DNA of 64,000 nt from a virus (IMGVR_UViG_3300010051_000550:1-64000); one strand, 5' to 3'; shown: positions 25,902 through 34,919, numbered from the stretch's first letter. The notes: generated by a model not told the origin, from the sequence alone. Numbers and translations: made by a program.

Positions 25902-26291
25902 ATGGCTGTCAATAGAATGGCCGAGGTGTGCGAGTTTTTGGTGTACCTCAGCGACGAGACGCTGGCGCGAGTTGAGGCGGCCGCCTCTCAGGAGATAGAG
26001 CGGCCGGGCGCGACAGCGGAAGAAATAGAGAACGGGCGTGTGGTCGTAGATGCGGTACGCCGCGTCTATGACGGCCGCGAGCCGGCCAGGCATGTGGAGC
26101 ACGCCCCCCACGTCGGGGAGACGGGCATCGAATGCCCGTTCTGCGACCGGGAGCTCGACTGGAACGGTCACTTGCACGTTTTCTGCTGCGACTGCTGCGA
26201 CTACAAGTGGAAGGATGCGGCCGAGATCGAGCGCGACCGGAAGCTGGTCGCGATGGCGTACAGCCAGATGACCGGTGGCCTGGACGGGTAA
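25902..26291 (+). CDS. Zn-ribbon protein
   Basis: CPFC ... CCDCC. Confidence 0.65.
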   Translation: MAVNRMAEVCEFLVYLSDETLARVEAAASQEIERPGATAEEIENGRVVVDAVRRVYDGREPARHVEHAPHVGETGIECPFCDRELDWNGHLHVFCCDCCDYKWKDAAEIERDRKLVAMAYSQMTGGLDG

Positions 26292-26304
26292 AGAGGAAAA
26301 AATC

Positions 26305-26811
26305 ATGAAGGAATTTCCGGTTGATGCGGGGATTATTGGAATCGTGCCGGTGGCGGCCATCCAGCGCGAGGACAGCTGGAAGGAAGGCGGGCTGGTGATT
26401 CGGGTGCAGGGCGGGCGGTTTCTGAACCTGCACTACGACTATGGAACGATCACCATCACGGCCGACCTGAACGGGGCGGTGCCGGTGCTGGAAGACACCG
26501 ATTTCTGGGTAGGGGATTTGTGCTACGTGCTGGAGAACAATATCCCGGCCGACGATCCCCAGTGGCACGAGTCGACTAATCCGGCTCCCGGCTACTGGGC
26601 GGCATGCGTCAGTTCATTCGAGACGCCGCGACATGGCGGGTGCTATTTTGCCCGGCCGTTCCGTTTGGAAGGGGGAATGGCGGGGCTGGTTTCGAGCACA
26701 CAGTGGGGAGACGGGTTGTACCCGGGCGCGGTTCAGCACGAGGGCAAGTACACGGTTCGCGTGCGGATTGAAACCGGTGAGGTAGATGATTTTGAGGATG
26801 AGGAGGAGTGA
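26305..26811 (+). CDS. Hypothetical protein (DUF4241-like GDGxYP motif)
   Basis: VDAG.IGI, VGDLCYV, STQWGDGLYP. Confidence 0.6.
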   Translation: MKEFPVDAGIIGIVPVAAIQREDSWKEGGLVIRVQGGRFLNLHYDYGTITITADLNGAVPVLEDTDFWVGDLCYVLENNIPADDPQWHESTNPAPGYWAACVSSFETPRHGGCYFARPFRLEGGMAGLVSSTQWGDGLYPGAVQHEGKYTVRVRIETGEVDDFEDEEE

Positions 26812-27623
26812 TGGGCGGCTTGATACGAAGACTAGTAGTAGATAGCGATGAACTGGTGGATGGGCTAGACAAGGCCGTTGCGCCGGTGGCCGACGAGATC
26901 GACCTGACATTACTGGATGAGAAACGCAGTTTGACCGGCATGGTGCTTAGGTGCGTATGGGAGGTGCGGGTGAAGTCGGTCGACATGCGTCCGTTTCGGT
27001 TGATCTACGACGACAGCAGAGCGGCGGAGGACGGTGAATGGTTCCTCGAAAGCGATGACGAGAGCGTCACTCTGACGTGGTGGGCAGAGTACGGCGACTG
27101 GCAAAGTCAGCCAATTCGGGAATTTTTGCGCCGACAGTTATGGCCGTCGAAATCGGCCGTCGTGCTGATCGTCTGGAACGGCGATTACGAACTGTTCGAG
27201 AATGCGTTGGTGCAGTTTAAAGACCCGGCCGTTATCCGGGAAATGTACAACCTCACGAAAGCGCTCAGGCCGGTAGGCCAGGGGAAAGTGGCGGGGCTGA
27301 GCGTCTATAGCACCTGTGCCAAGTTGACAGCCGATTCCGTCACCGCTTATCAAACCCACGCGACCCACGATACTACGCCGGGGCGCTCGCTTGGTGATGA
27401 GGTTCTCCTTGAGCCGCTAGTCGCCGCTCCCTTGTTCGGAGAAGAGATCGATGACCTGATGTTGGAAGTGAGCGACGACGGCATGCTTCTGATCCGAAGT
27501 GACAGGCTCAACGGATGGGGATCGATTGATCTGGGTGACCTTGTCTTGGCGCTTGATACAGAGTCAGCATGCGGATTGGGATCGGCGATGAGGACGAGGA
27601 GGAATGATGGGTCTGTTAGCTGA
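26808..27623 (+). CDS. Hypothetical protein, paralog A
   Basis: Tandem paralog of 27604-28437. Confidence 0.75.
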   Translation: MMGGLIRRLVVDSDELVDGLDKAVAPVADEIDLTLLDEKRSLTGMVLRCVWEVRVKSVDMRPFRLIYDDSRAAEDGEWFLESDDESVTLTWWAEYGDWQSQPIREFLRRQLWPSKSAVVLIVWNGDYELFENALVQFKDPAVIREMYNLTKALRPVGQGKVAGLSVYSTCAKLTADSVTAYQTHATHDTTPGRSLGDEVLLEPLVAAPLFGEEIDDLMLEVSDDGMLLIRSDRLNGWGSIDLGDLVLALDTESACGLGSAMRTRRNDGSVS

Positions 27624-28437
27624 TTTGATGCGGGAGGAGTCGGCCGACGACTTGGCGCTGGCGGGTGAAGAGAGCTTGCGCCGGGACTGGAGAGAGATTA
27701 CTTCAGAACTGGCCAGAGTGATCGCGCCGGTGGCGGACGAGGTGGAGCTGACCGAGGTCTTTCGGGAGCGCACCGACACAGCCGTTCTCAAATGCACGTG
27801 GCTCGTTCGGCCCAAGCCCGAAGCAGCCCTGGATGGGGCGTTTCATTTGGTGTTCGATGTTGCCAGGGGATGGTACCTGGTAGACGCGAACTCGAAGAGA
27901 GTCTTCCTCGTTAACGGTGGCTCTCTGGACAGAGAGCCGCATTGGGAGGCGGCTGAGGTTCGCGCGTTCCTGAAGAGGGTGCTGGTTCCGAAGGAGAAGG
28001 GGCTGGTATGGGTGGTGGCCGATTGGTCAGGAGATACTGACTATGAGGAAGTTCTGGTCAGCTTCGACGGGAAGGCGCTCGTCGGCGAGATGTGCCGGGT
28101 GGTGCGCGCCGGTCTTCATCCGCTTCTTCAGCCACCGATGTTCGGGGATGATGACTGGTTGCGCGTGACGGGGTCGTCAATCGAGATGCGAGGCAAGGCG
28201 ATACAGGTGTATCGGTTCCGGCCGGGGCGCACAGCGAGAGATGGAAGCTTGCCGGGAGCTGGGATGCTGCTCGATGCGGCCGACGCTATGGCGTTGTGCG
28301 GCGCGCCGATTGGGACGCTCATTTTGGAACTGGGCAACGACGGGATGTTGCTAGTGCATAGCGACGAGTATGAGAGGGAGGGGTGGGCAACGGTCGATTT
28401 GCTGGCGGTGGAGGAGATGCTGGATGAAGCACAGTAA
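27604..28437 (+). CDS. Hypothetical protein, paralog B
   Basis: APVADE..L...L.C.W.VR and LE...DGMLL..SD...GW...DL shared with paralog A. Confidence 0.75.
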   Translation: MMGLLADLMREESADDLALAGEESLRRDWREITSELARVIAPVADEVELTEVFRERTDTAVLKCTWLVRPKPEAALDGAFHLVFDVARGWYLVDANSKRVFLVNGGSLDREPHWEAAEVRAFLKRVLVPKEKGLVWVVADWSGDTDYEEVLVSFDGKALVGEMCRVVRAGLHPLLQPPMFGDDDWLRVTGSSIEMRGKAIQVYRFRPGRTARDGSLPGAGMLLDAADAMALCGAPIGTLILELGNDGMLLVHSDEYEREGWATVDLLAVEEMLDEAQ

Positions 28438-28717
28438 AACCGGCCGCGAACTTGATTACGAGGAATTCGCCAAGCTGCACGCTTTCCAGTATCGGCTCTC
28501 GGAGCTTCTGGTGACCTGCGAAGTGGTGTCTGTCGCTATGAGCGATGACTTCGTGTTCTGCGTCTGGGGAGTTCTCCGGCATGGGCCAGAGAAAAAGCCG
28601 GCGCTTCTGGCGTCGGTGCCGGGAGACTTGGACAAGGCCATTGAGTTGGCCATGTTCGCCGCACAGGAGTTGGAGCGGCCGTATCTTGAAACGGTGGAAT
28701 TGGAGACAACATCATGA
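28424..28717 (+). CDS. Hypothetical protein
   Basis: GAGGAG RBS; operon context. Confidence 0.55.
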   Translation: MKHSKTGRELDYEEFAKLHAFQYRLSELLVTCEVVSVAMSDDFVFCVWGVLRHGPEKKPALLASVPGDLDKAIELAMFAAQELERPYLETVELETTS

Positions 28718-29859
28718 GACTGGAAGAACTGTTGGAAATGGGGCTGGATGAGGAAAAGGCTGAGGAAGCGAGGAAGGCCGAGCGCGATGCGGCATTCCGC
28801 TCTCGACTGGCCAAGCACGACGCGGCGTTTCGGTCTTGGCTGGGCGAGCTGGCCGAGGACTTCGAGATCGATAGGCCGGAGGAGTTGGACGGATATATCG
28901 GTGGTGAGCAGCCGATACGCTGGACAATCCGCCCGAAGTGGCGGTTGCCCTATCCCTTCACCGCCATGACGGCGGGTAGCGGCGCATACCGGTTTGGGCT
29001 GAACGGCACAGCCTACGCGGTCAGCACGGCCAACGATCCGGACTTCGCCCGCTTCCTGCTGAATGCCAAGAAAGCGCATGACGCGGAACTCGAAGAGCGG
29101 ATCGCGGGACTGGCGAGGGAACTGGCGGTCGTCAAGGTGTTCACCCGCGCCGATAGCGAGGAGGCCCGGCTACGGAACACGCACGCGAAGCTTATGCAAC
29201 TGGCTCCGGCGCGGTGGGAAGAGTGGGCCGCCTTGTTGAATAAGTCGCTGGCCGAGTTGAAGGGGCAAGTCGCACAGCAGGAAGAAGAGGAGGCCTTCCG
29301 CGCGTCGGCGATAGAGGCATATCGCCTCGCGATGGAGGCGTGGGCCGATGAGTGCGAGGCCGTCGCCGCCCACAACGCCGAGGTGATCAACCGGCTGAAG
29401 AACGCCCTGGGCGAGGTGAAGCAGGAGCTCATGATGGTCGAGTACGCCGTCGTTGCCGACGACGAGTACGGCCCCCAGGTCGAGATACGCACGGCATGGA
29501 GCGCCGGCGAGATTGCCGACGCGCCTGACGCGCATCTGCTCATTGAAGGCGGCCGAGTTCGGAAGTGGACGATCCGCAACATCATCCGCATGTCCGAGTT
29601 GGAAGAGGTGACGCCGGATAGACATCCCAACCTGTTCGACGAGATGCAGATCGCCGGAGAGAGGGTCTTCTTCCTGCCCTGCTCGGCCGAGCACCGGACG
29701 TTGGTCAACGAGGCATTGAGCGCCGTCCGTGTCGCCCCGGATGCGCCAAGCTGGGATGAGTCCAGCGGCGGGCTGGGGTACGGTGATGACGTACGCGACG
29801 CCGCGCGGCCGGCGCGGGATCGGGCTAACCAGGTCGTCACGGAGTGGTGGCCGTTCTGA
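28714..29859 (+). CDS. Acidic coiled-coil hypothetical protein
   Basis: 381-aa ORF, ATGA coupling. Confidence 0.75.
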   Translation: MRLEELLEMGLDEEKAEEARKAERDAAFRSRLAKHDAAFRSWLGELAEDFEIDRPEELDGYIGGEQPIRWTIRPKWRLPYPFTAMTAGSGAYRFGLNGTAYAVSTANDPDFARFLLNAKKAHDAELEERIAGLARELAVVKVFTRADSEEARLRNTHAKLMQLAPARWEEWAALLNKSLAELKGQVAQQEEEEAFRASAIEAYRLAMEAWADECEAVAAHNAEVINRLKNALGEVKQELMMVEYAVVADDEYGPQVEIRTAWSAGEIADAPDAHLLIEGGRVRKWTIRNIIRMSELEEVTPDRHPNLFDEMQIAGERVFFLPCSAEHRTLVNEALSAVRVAPDAPSWDESSGGLGYGDDVRDAARPARDRANQVVTEWWPF

Positions 29860-29877
29860 GTTGTGTGGAGGTAAGGG

Positions 29878-30126
29878 ATGGCAACTGATACCAAAGAATC
29901 ACAGGCGGTTCGCGCATGGTGCATTGAACTGAAGGCGGCGCTGTTGCGTTTGGAAGCGGCCGTCTACATGGTTGAAATCGGCCGCGACGCGCCGGAGACG
30001 GTGCAGGTGGAGTTGGCGCGGGTGCGCGAGGTGTGGGATCGATGCCCGCTTCCGTTGCACGAGATGGGCGCGATGAAGGTGCACGTGCTCGCCAACGGGA
30101 CGTGGGAGACGCACGATGTCTCATAA
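29878..30126 (+). CDS. Hypothetical protein
   Basis: GGAGG RBS. Confidence 0.55.
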   Translation: MATDTKESQAVRAWCIELKAALLRLEAAVYMVEIGRDAPETVQVELARVREVWDRCPLPLHEMGAMKVHVLANGTWETHDVS

Positions 30127-30156
30127 CCCGATGGGCGGCGGTTTTGGGAGGCGAGT

Positions 30157-30546
30157 ATGACGAGGAAGCAAGGCAGCGACGGGTATCTGCCGACGGCGCG
30201 GTATGTGGGACCGAGCGACGAACTGCGCTTCGGCGAGGCGGAGTATCAGGGCGGGCGGATTTATCCGGTTTCGCCGGAGGCTCACGCGAAGTTGCGCGCG
30301 TTCTGCCTGGCCCAGCGGGAAGCGGCTGCGGCGCGGCGTAAGGCGGCGCGGCGTCGGGTTGAGTTGTCGTCGGAGCAGTTGGAGGAGGTGATTCGCCGGC
30401 ACGAGGGGGGTGAGTCGCTGACAAATTTGGCGGCCGAGTTCGGGGTTAGCGCGATTACGCTGATCCTGCGGCTGCGTGAGTTGGGTCATGATACGTCGCG
30501 CCGGCCGGGAAAGGGCCGGCGCAAGAGGCAGAGGCTGGAGAAGTGA
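30157..30546 (+). CDS. HTH DNA-binding protein
   Basis: EEVIRRHEGGESLTNLAAEFGVSAITL helix-turn-helix. Confidence 0.7.
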   Translation: MTRKQGSDGYLPTARYVGPSDELRFGEAEYQGGRIYPVSPEAHAKLRAFCLAQREAAAARRKAARRRVELSSEQLEEVIRRHEGGESLTNLAAEFGVSAITLILRLRELGHDTSRRPGKGRRKRQRLEK

Positions 30547-30580
30547 ACGGAATGAAGTTCAAGTTTATTGAAGGCGCGCA

Positions 30581-30877
30581 ATGACATTCGCCATCAGACT
30601 GTCCGACCTAGCCATCCTGCCTGAGTTTCATCCACTCGGGTTTCTGCTTGGCCCGGTATTAACCGATAGGATCGTTAACCTTGGCGGCCAGTTCGATGCG
30701 GCGGGAGTAGTCCTGGAATGCGACGACGCCGAACGGCTGGATGCAATTCTGCGCGTCGCTACGTCGCAGAACCTACCCGGATTATCGTGGCCGATACGGA
30801 CGTATAAGAGCACTACCGGCGCGGGCGCCTGGCGGCGGTGGAATCCGACTGAGGAGACCCCGGCTACCGTAGACTAG
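30581..30877 (+). CDS. Hypothetical protein
   Basis: ORF inside the repeat-flanked insert. Confidence 0.55.
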   Translation: MTFAIRLSDLAILPEFHPLGFLLGPVLTDRIVNLGGQFDAAGVVLECDDAERLDAILRVATSQNLPGLSWPIRTYKSTTGAGAWRRWNPTEETPATVD

Positions 30878-30927
30878 CCCCCTGCCCTCTGACACCGTGT
30901 TTTTGAAATAGTTCAAAGGAGAATGAA

Positions 30928-31275
30928 ATGATCAACATTGACGATTTAACAATAGGACAGGCCCGCGAGTTAGCGGCCATGTTCGCCGGCGCACACGCCG
31001 CGCCGCCAACCGTTATTGACCACGGCCTGCAAATCGCAGTGCTGGATAGAGGTTTCGTCTACATCGGATACGTGACCACCGATGGCGAGTGGTGTCGCAT
31101 CGAGAACGCCTGGAACATCCGACGCTGGGGCACTAAGAAGGGCCTCGGTGAACTGGTGAACGGGCCACTGTCCGACACGGTTTTAGATCGCGTCGGCCGG
31201 ATTCGACTGCCAATGAGCGCGCTATTACACCTCATCGAGGCAAAGGGGACGGCGTGGACGAGCAAATTAAACTGA
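30928..31275 (+). CDS. Conserved phage protein (DUF6948-like)
   Basis: AVLDRGFVYIG...NAWNIRRWGTKKGLGELVNGP. Confidence 0.7.
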   Translation: MINIDDLTIGQARELAAMFAGAHAAPPTVIDHGLQIAVLDRGFVYIGYVTTDGEWCRIENAWNIRRWGTKKGLGELVNGPLSDTVLDRVGRIRLPMSALLHLIEAKGTAWTSKLN

Positions 31276-31490
31276 CCGGCGTCTACCGCTTCGGCGGCCT
31301 CTTCGGCGACGGCGGTGGCTACGGCTACGGCAACGGCAACGGCACCGGCTTCGGCGCCGGCAGCGACGGCTACGGCGACGGCTACGGTGATGGCTATGGC
31401 TACGACGGCGACGGCAACGGCACCGGCTTCGGCGACGGCAGCGACGGCTTCGGCGACGGCTGCGGCGACGGCGGCTACGGCCATGCCTAA
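31254..31490 (+). CDS. Gly-rich G-x-G repeat protein
   Basis: GYGNGNGTGFG.../GYGDGYGDG; GTG start with RBS; GGCGAC/GGCTAC microrepeats. Confidence 0.6.
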   Translation: MDEQIKLTGVYRFGGLFGDGGGYGYGNGNGTGFGAGSDGYGDGYGDGYGYDGDGNGTGFGDGSDGFGDGCGDGGYGHA

Positions 31491-31555
31491 AAGTAACGGC
31501 CGCGTTCCAAGCGCAGCCGGGCGGCTGCGCAAGAGGCAGAGGCTGGAGGAGTGAA

Positions 31556-32302
31556 ATGAGTGATCTATTGACATTGACAGACGCGGCTTTCGATAACCTG
31601 GTCATCAACATGACGAGCAAGGAGCGGGCTTCTGCTTTACGGCAGATGGTGCGCCAAGTGCGCGAACTTCAGGAGGCATTGGGGCAGGTCGATCTTGGCG
31701 AGTGGGAAGATGACCGGCTTCGGGAGTGGCTGCCGGCGGCGGCGGAAAGCGAGATGGTCAAGCGGTTGACCGCCCGGAGCGAGGGGCTGAACTGGGAGCT
31801 TGGAATGGCTACTCGACGTATGGCCGAACTGGAAGCTGAGAATGTCCGGCTTCGGGAGCGTTTGGCGGCGGCCGAAGAGCGCGGAAGCGAATTTGAGGAA
31901 GGTCTGGCGTATGTGGAAACAAACTCCGATAGCCTCGCTCCACCAGTGGGGTATAAGCCGGACCCGATCCAGTTTCAATGTTTGAGGACGTGGTACTCGG
32001 CGGGGGAGGTGTCAATCCATCACTCCGAACAGGTTCTGCACGCGGTGCTGGGTCTAACGGGGGAGGCGGGGGAAGTTGCCGACCTGGTGAAAAAGTGGGC
32101 GTTCAAGCCAGGGGCGTCGGTCGGCCGCGAGGACGTGCTCGATGAGCTGGCGGACGTGCTGTATTACACGGCGGTGCTGGCGCATCTGTGGGAGTTCGAT
32201 AATGAGGACATGCTCGACCATCTGGCGAAGAAGCTGGCGGATGGGCATGGATGGAAGGGGTTGCCGCCGATTGTGGCGATGAGGTGCGGTGAAGGCCGGT
32301 AG
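31556..32302 (+). CDS. Coiled-coil + MazG-like NTP pyrophosphohydrolase
   Basis: LHAVLGLTGEAGEVADLVKK ... DELADVLYY (ExxE/ExxD metal motif). Confidence 0.85.
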   Translation: MSDLLTLTDAAFDNLVINMTSKERASALRQMVRQVRELQEALGQVDLGEWEDDRLREWLPAAAESEMVKRLTARSEGLNWELGMATRRMAELEAENVRLRERLAAAEERGSEFEEGLAYVETNSDSLAPPVGYKPDPIQFQCLRTWYSAGEVSIHHSEQVLHAVLGLTGEAGEVADLVKKWAFKPGASVGREDVLDELADVLYYTAVLAHLWEFDNEDMLDHLAKKLADGHGWKGLPPIVAMRCGEGR

Positions 32303-32414
32303 CGGGAGAGCAGAGACATGAGCTAGATGCTGAACGGAACGTGCGTGACGACCTGGCGAAGCACGGGGTGGCTATCAAGGGCAATCTGAGCATTGAGATC
32401 GAACTGTAACGAGG

Positions 32415-32948
32415 GTGGAGATGGCCGAGTTGGTATTTGATAATTGCAGGGTGCTGGCGCTGGCAGTGGTGACGAATGGAATTCACGATGCTGTGACCGG
32501 GGTGGAAGAGGCGAGGGAGTGGATCGGCTCAGAGGTGTTTGAGTTATGGTGCGACCGGTGTGATTTGCATCCTGAGTACCTGCGCCGGCGGGTGGCGCGG
32601 CTTCTGGCTTCGGGGCGGTCTGTTCTGCTGCCGGACGATGGGGATGACGAGGCGGTGGATATTGACGAGGCGGTGCGGCTGCATGAAGAAGAGGGGTATA
32701 CCTGGTCGGAGGCCGCCGCGAAGATGAACGTGTCTGTTTCGACCTTGCGGAATAGACGCAAGGCGGCCGGGCATAACATGGCTAAGAGCACCGGCGCAGG
32801 GGCGACCGGTAAGGAGATCATCAAGATCGATTTGGAAGCGGCCAGGCGGCTGCATGAGCGGGGACTTACCTGGAGGGAGATCGCCGACCAGCTCGGGGTG
32901 AGTGCCGAGACGCTGCGACTGCGGCGGAAGGCGTTTGGAGGATTGTGA
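32415..32948 (+). CDS. Double-HTH DNA-binding protein
   Basis: YTWSEAAAKMNVSVSTL and LTWREIADQLGVSAETL. Confidence 0.75.
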   Translation: MEMAELVFDNCRVLALAVVTNGIHDAVTGVEEAREWIGSEVFELWCDRCDLHPEYLRRRVARLLASGRSVLLPDDGDDEAVDIDEAVRLHEEEGYTWSEAAAKMNVSVSTLRNRRKAAGHNMAKSTGAGATGKEIIKIDLEAARRLHERGLTWREIADQLGVSAETLRLRRKAFGGL

Positions 32949-33322
32949 TGGCTCTTTGCAGATGGTCTGATTACCGATGTGACTTGTATATCTATGAGAG
33001 CGACTGGGGCATCGAGTGCCATGTGGCCTGGCGGCGGCGCGTGGGCGAACCGGAGCCGCCGCTTATCCCCGTGGATGGGGACGATGAGGCGTGGCTGGCG
33101 TGGCAAAAGGCATTTGTGGTTTATGAAGAGCAACTGCTGGCGGCGCCGCTGGAGCGGATCGGCCTGCCCCACGACGGAGAGAGCCGCACCTTCGGCGAGT
33201 GGGGCGAGTTGCTGGCGTATGTGACGGGGTTGAAGGAGTTGGGGTATGGGGTGCCGGATTGGGTGATTGAGGAGATCAAGGAGGAGGTTGCCGCGTCCGG
33301 TTTGTTGGAAAGCGAGGAGTGA
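32945..33322 (+). CDS. Hypothetical protein
   Basis: CRWS..CDLYIYES..G..CHVA motif. Confidence 0.65.
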   Translation: MMALCRWSDYRCDLYIYESDWGIECHVAWRRRVGEPEPPLIPVDGDDEAWLAWQKAFVVYEEQLLAAPLERIGLPHDGESRTFGEWGELLAYVTGLKELGYGVPDWVIEEIKEEVAASGLLESEE

Positions 33323-33374
33323 ACATGTGTTCACGCGGGGCGTATTGACGCGCGGCCGGGGCGCGTGATAACCT
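33319..33374 (+). promoter_or_regulatory. Capsid-operon promoter with upstream SOS-box-like palindrome
   Basis: GTGAACATGTGTTCAC (33319-33334), 10 nt, TTGACG (33345-33350), 18 nt, TAACCT (33369-33374) preceded by an extended -10 TG. Confidence 0.7.
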
Positions 33375-33448
33375 ATCAGCACAGCGATAAATCATATATT
33401 CTGAGCGCGGCGCAACGGCCGCGAACAGCGACGTAAAACGTGTGAATG

Positions 33449-33484
33449 ACGCCGCTCCCAATTCGGGAGCGGCGTTTTTGTTTT
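33449..33484 (+). terminator. Leader terminator/attenuator upstream of the protease gene
   Basis: ACGCCGCTCCC-aattc-GGGAGCGGCGT-TTTTGTTTT. Confidence 0.75.
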
Positions 33485-33494
33485 CGGAGGTGGT

Positions 33495-34919
33495 ATGGCA
33501 GTTCTGACGAAGACCGGCCTGAGCGCCAATCGAGCTGAGCAAGAACCGGATGTTTCCTACATCACGCGACGGGCGCGGCTGCGGCCGGCGTCGTTTAGTG
33601 AGGTTCGGGAAGCGGGCTTGCTGGACGGGCGGGCGAACGGGGAAGGGGAGCAAGATGACACTCGGTACTGGTTCACGGCCGAGATTTCGAGCGAGGCGCT
33701 GGATTCGTATTTCACGCACATGTCGAGCGGCACTCTGCGCAACTTCGCGCGGAACGCGGCCGAGGGTGTGTCGCTGCTGGACAGCCACGACGGTCACAAG
33801 CTAGGCGTGGGGTACTCGGCCGGCGGGCGATATGAAGAGGAGAACGGCCAGGGACGCGCGTTGGGCATCTTCTACATTGTGCGCGGCATCCGGTTCGGCG
33901 GCAAGCATTCTTATGCCAGCACCGACGACCTGATCACCGCCATCGAGAACGGGGTTGTGCGCGACGTGTCGGTCGGGTTCTACGGCGGCCGGTGGGTTTG
34001 CGACTTGTGCCATCAGCCTTATTTCGGCTACGGCTCGGCCTGCAATCACTGGGCGGGGATCGAGTATGAGATTGAGCGCGACGGCAAGATGGTGCGCGAG
34101 GTGTGCACGGTCCAGATCGACGATGCGCACCTGTCGGAGGTGTCGCTGGTGTTCGATGGGGCGACGCCGGGGGCGATGATTCTGAAGGCGGAGCAGGCGG
34201 CGGAAGACGGCCGTCTGACGCCGGACATGACACGCCAACTGGAGATGCAGTACCGGATCAAGTTGCCGGGACCGGTTGCCGATGGCCGGACATTGAACGT
34301 TCGGGGCGGCTTTGTGAGCACCACCGGCAACGCGGCCGACATCAGGATCGTCGCAGGCGCGGCGGTCAATGGAGCGAGAGTGATGGAAGAGGAAGAAGTT
34401 ATCGAGACTGTGGAAGAGGTAGTTGAAGAGCCGGCCGCCGACGCGGCCGTCGACCAGGCAGGGGCGGATGAGGCTCGCGCGGAACTGGACGCGGCCCGCC
34501 AGGCGCTGACCGAGATTCGGGATGTGGTGGTCGACTCCGGCGCGCCGGAGGGCACCACGCTGGCCGTGTCGGTGCGCTGGCTGAATGAGCAGCTGGCGAA
34601 GGTCACTGAGGAGCGCGACCGTGCGCTGGGGCAGGTGGCCGAGTTGCAGCCGCTGGCCGACCAGGGGCGTGAGTATCGCTCGCGCCTGGTGGAGGAGGCG
34701 GTAGCTGAGGGCGTGCGCGCCATGAGCGCGTCGTTCCCGGAGGAGACGTATCGGGCGATGCTGGAAAACGCGCCGCTGGAGCACATTCGCAAGGTGAAGG
34801 AGACGTTCGCGGCGCAGGCGGCCGAACGGTTCCCAGGCGGGCGGCAGACGCGCGATGAAACGAGTAACGGCAAGAAGCCGAAGCCGGAAGTGCCGGCGGC
34901 GGCCTACGGGGTGAAGTAA
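33495..34919 (+). CDS. Prohead protease / scaffold fusion
   Basis: SLLDSH (His), RDVSVGF (Ser), LSEVSLV..GA HK97-type protease motifs; coiled-coil scaffold C-terminus. Confidence 0.85.
   Translation: MAVLTKTGLSANRAEQEPDVSYITRRARLRPASFSEVREAGLLDGRANGEGEQDDTRYWFTAEISSEALDSYFTHMSSGTLRNFARNAAEGVSLLDSHDGHKLGVGYSAGGRYEEENGQGRALGIFYIVRGIRFGGKHSYASTDDLITAIENGVVRDVSVGFYGGRWVCDLCHQPYFGYGSACNHWAGIEYEIERDGKMVREVCTVQIDDAHLSEVSLVFDGATPGAMILKAEQAAEDGRLTPDMTRQLEMQYRIKLPGPVADGRTLNVRGGFVSTTGNAADIRIVAGAAVNGARVMEEEEVIETVEEVVEEPAADAAVDQAGADEARAELDAARQALTEIRDVVVDSGAPEGTTLAVSVRWLNEQLAKVTEERDRALGQVAELQPLADQGREYRSRLVEEAVAEGVRAMSASFPEETYRAMLENAPLEHIRKVKETFAAQAAERFPGGRQTRDETSNGKKPKPEVPAAAYGVK

Noticed and set aside
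30903-30916. TTGAAATAGTTCAA palindrome as a third SOS box
   Set aside because: Half-site spacing and sequence do not fit GAAC-N4-GTTC; overlaps the RBS region and may be chance
31315-31554. ATATAT (Ala-Thr) reading frame as an antifreeze-like protein; Gly frame as ice-nucleation protein
   Set aside because: Alternative frame of the GGC-based microrepeat; the Gly frame has the RBS; no ice-nucleation octapeptide periodicity
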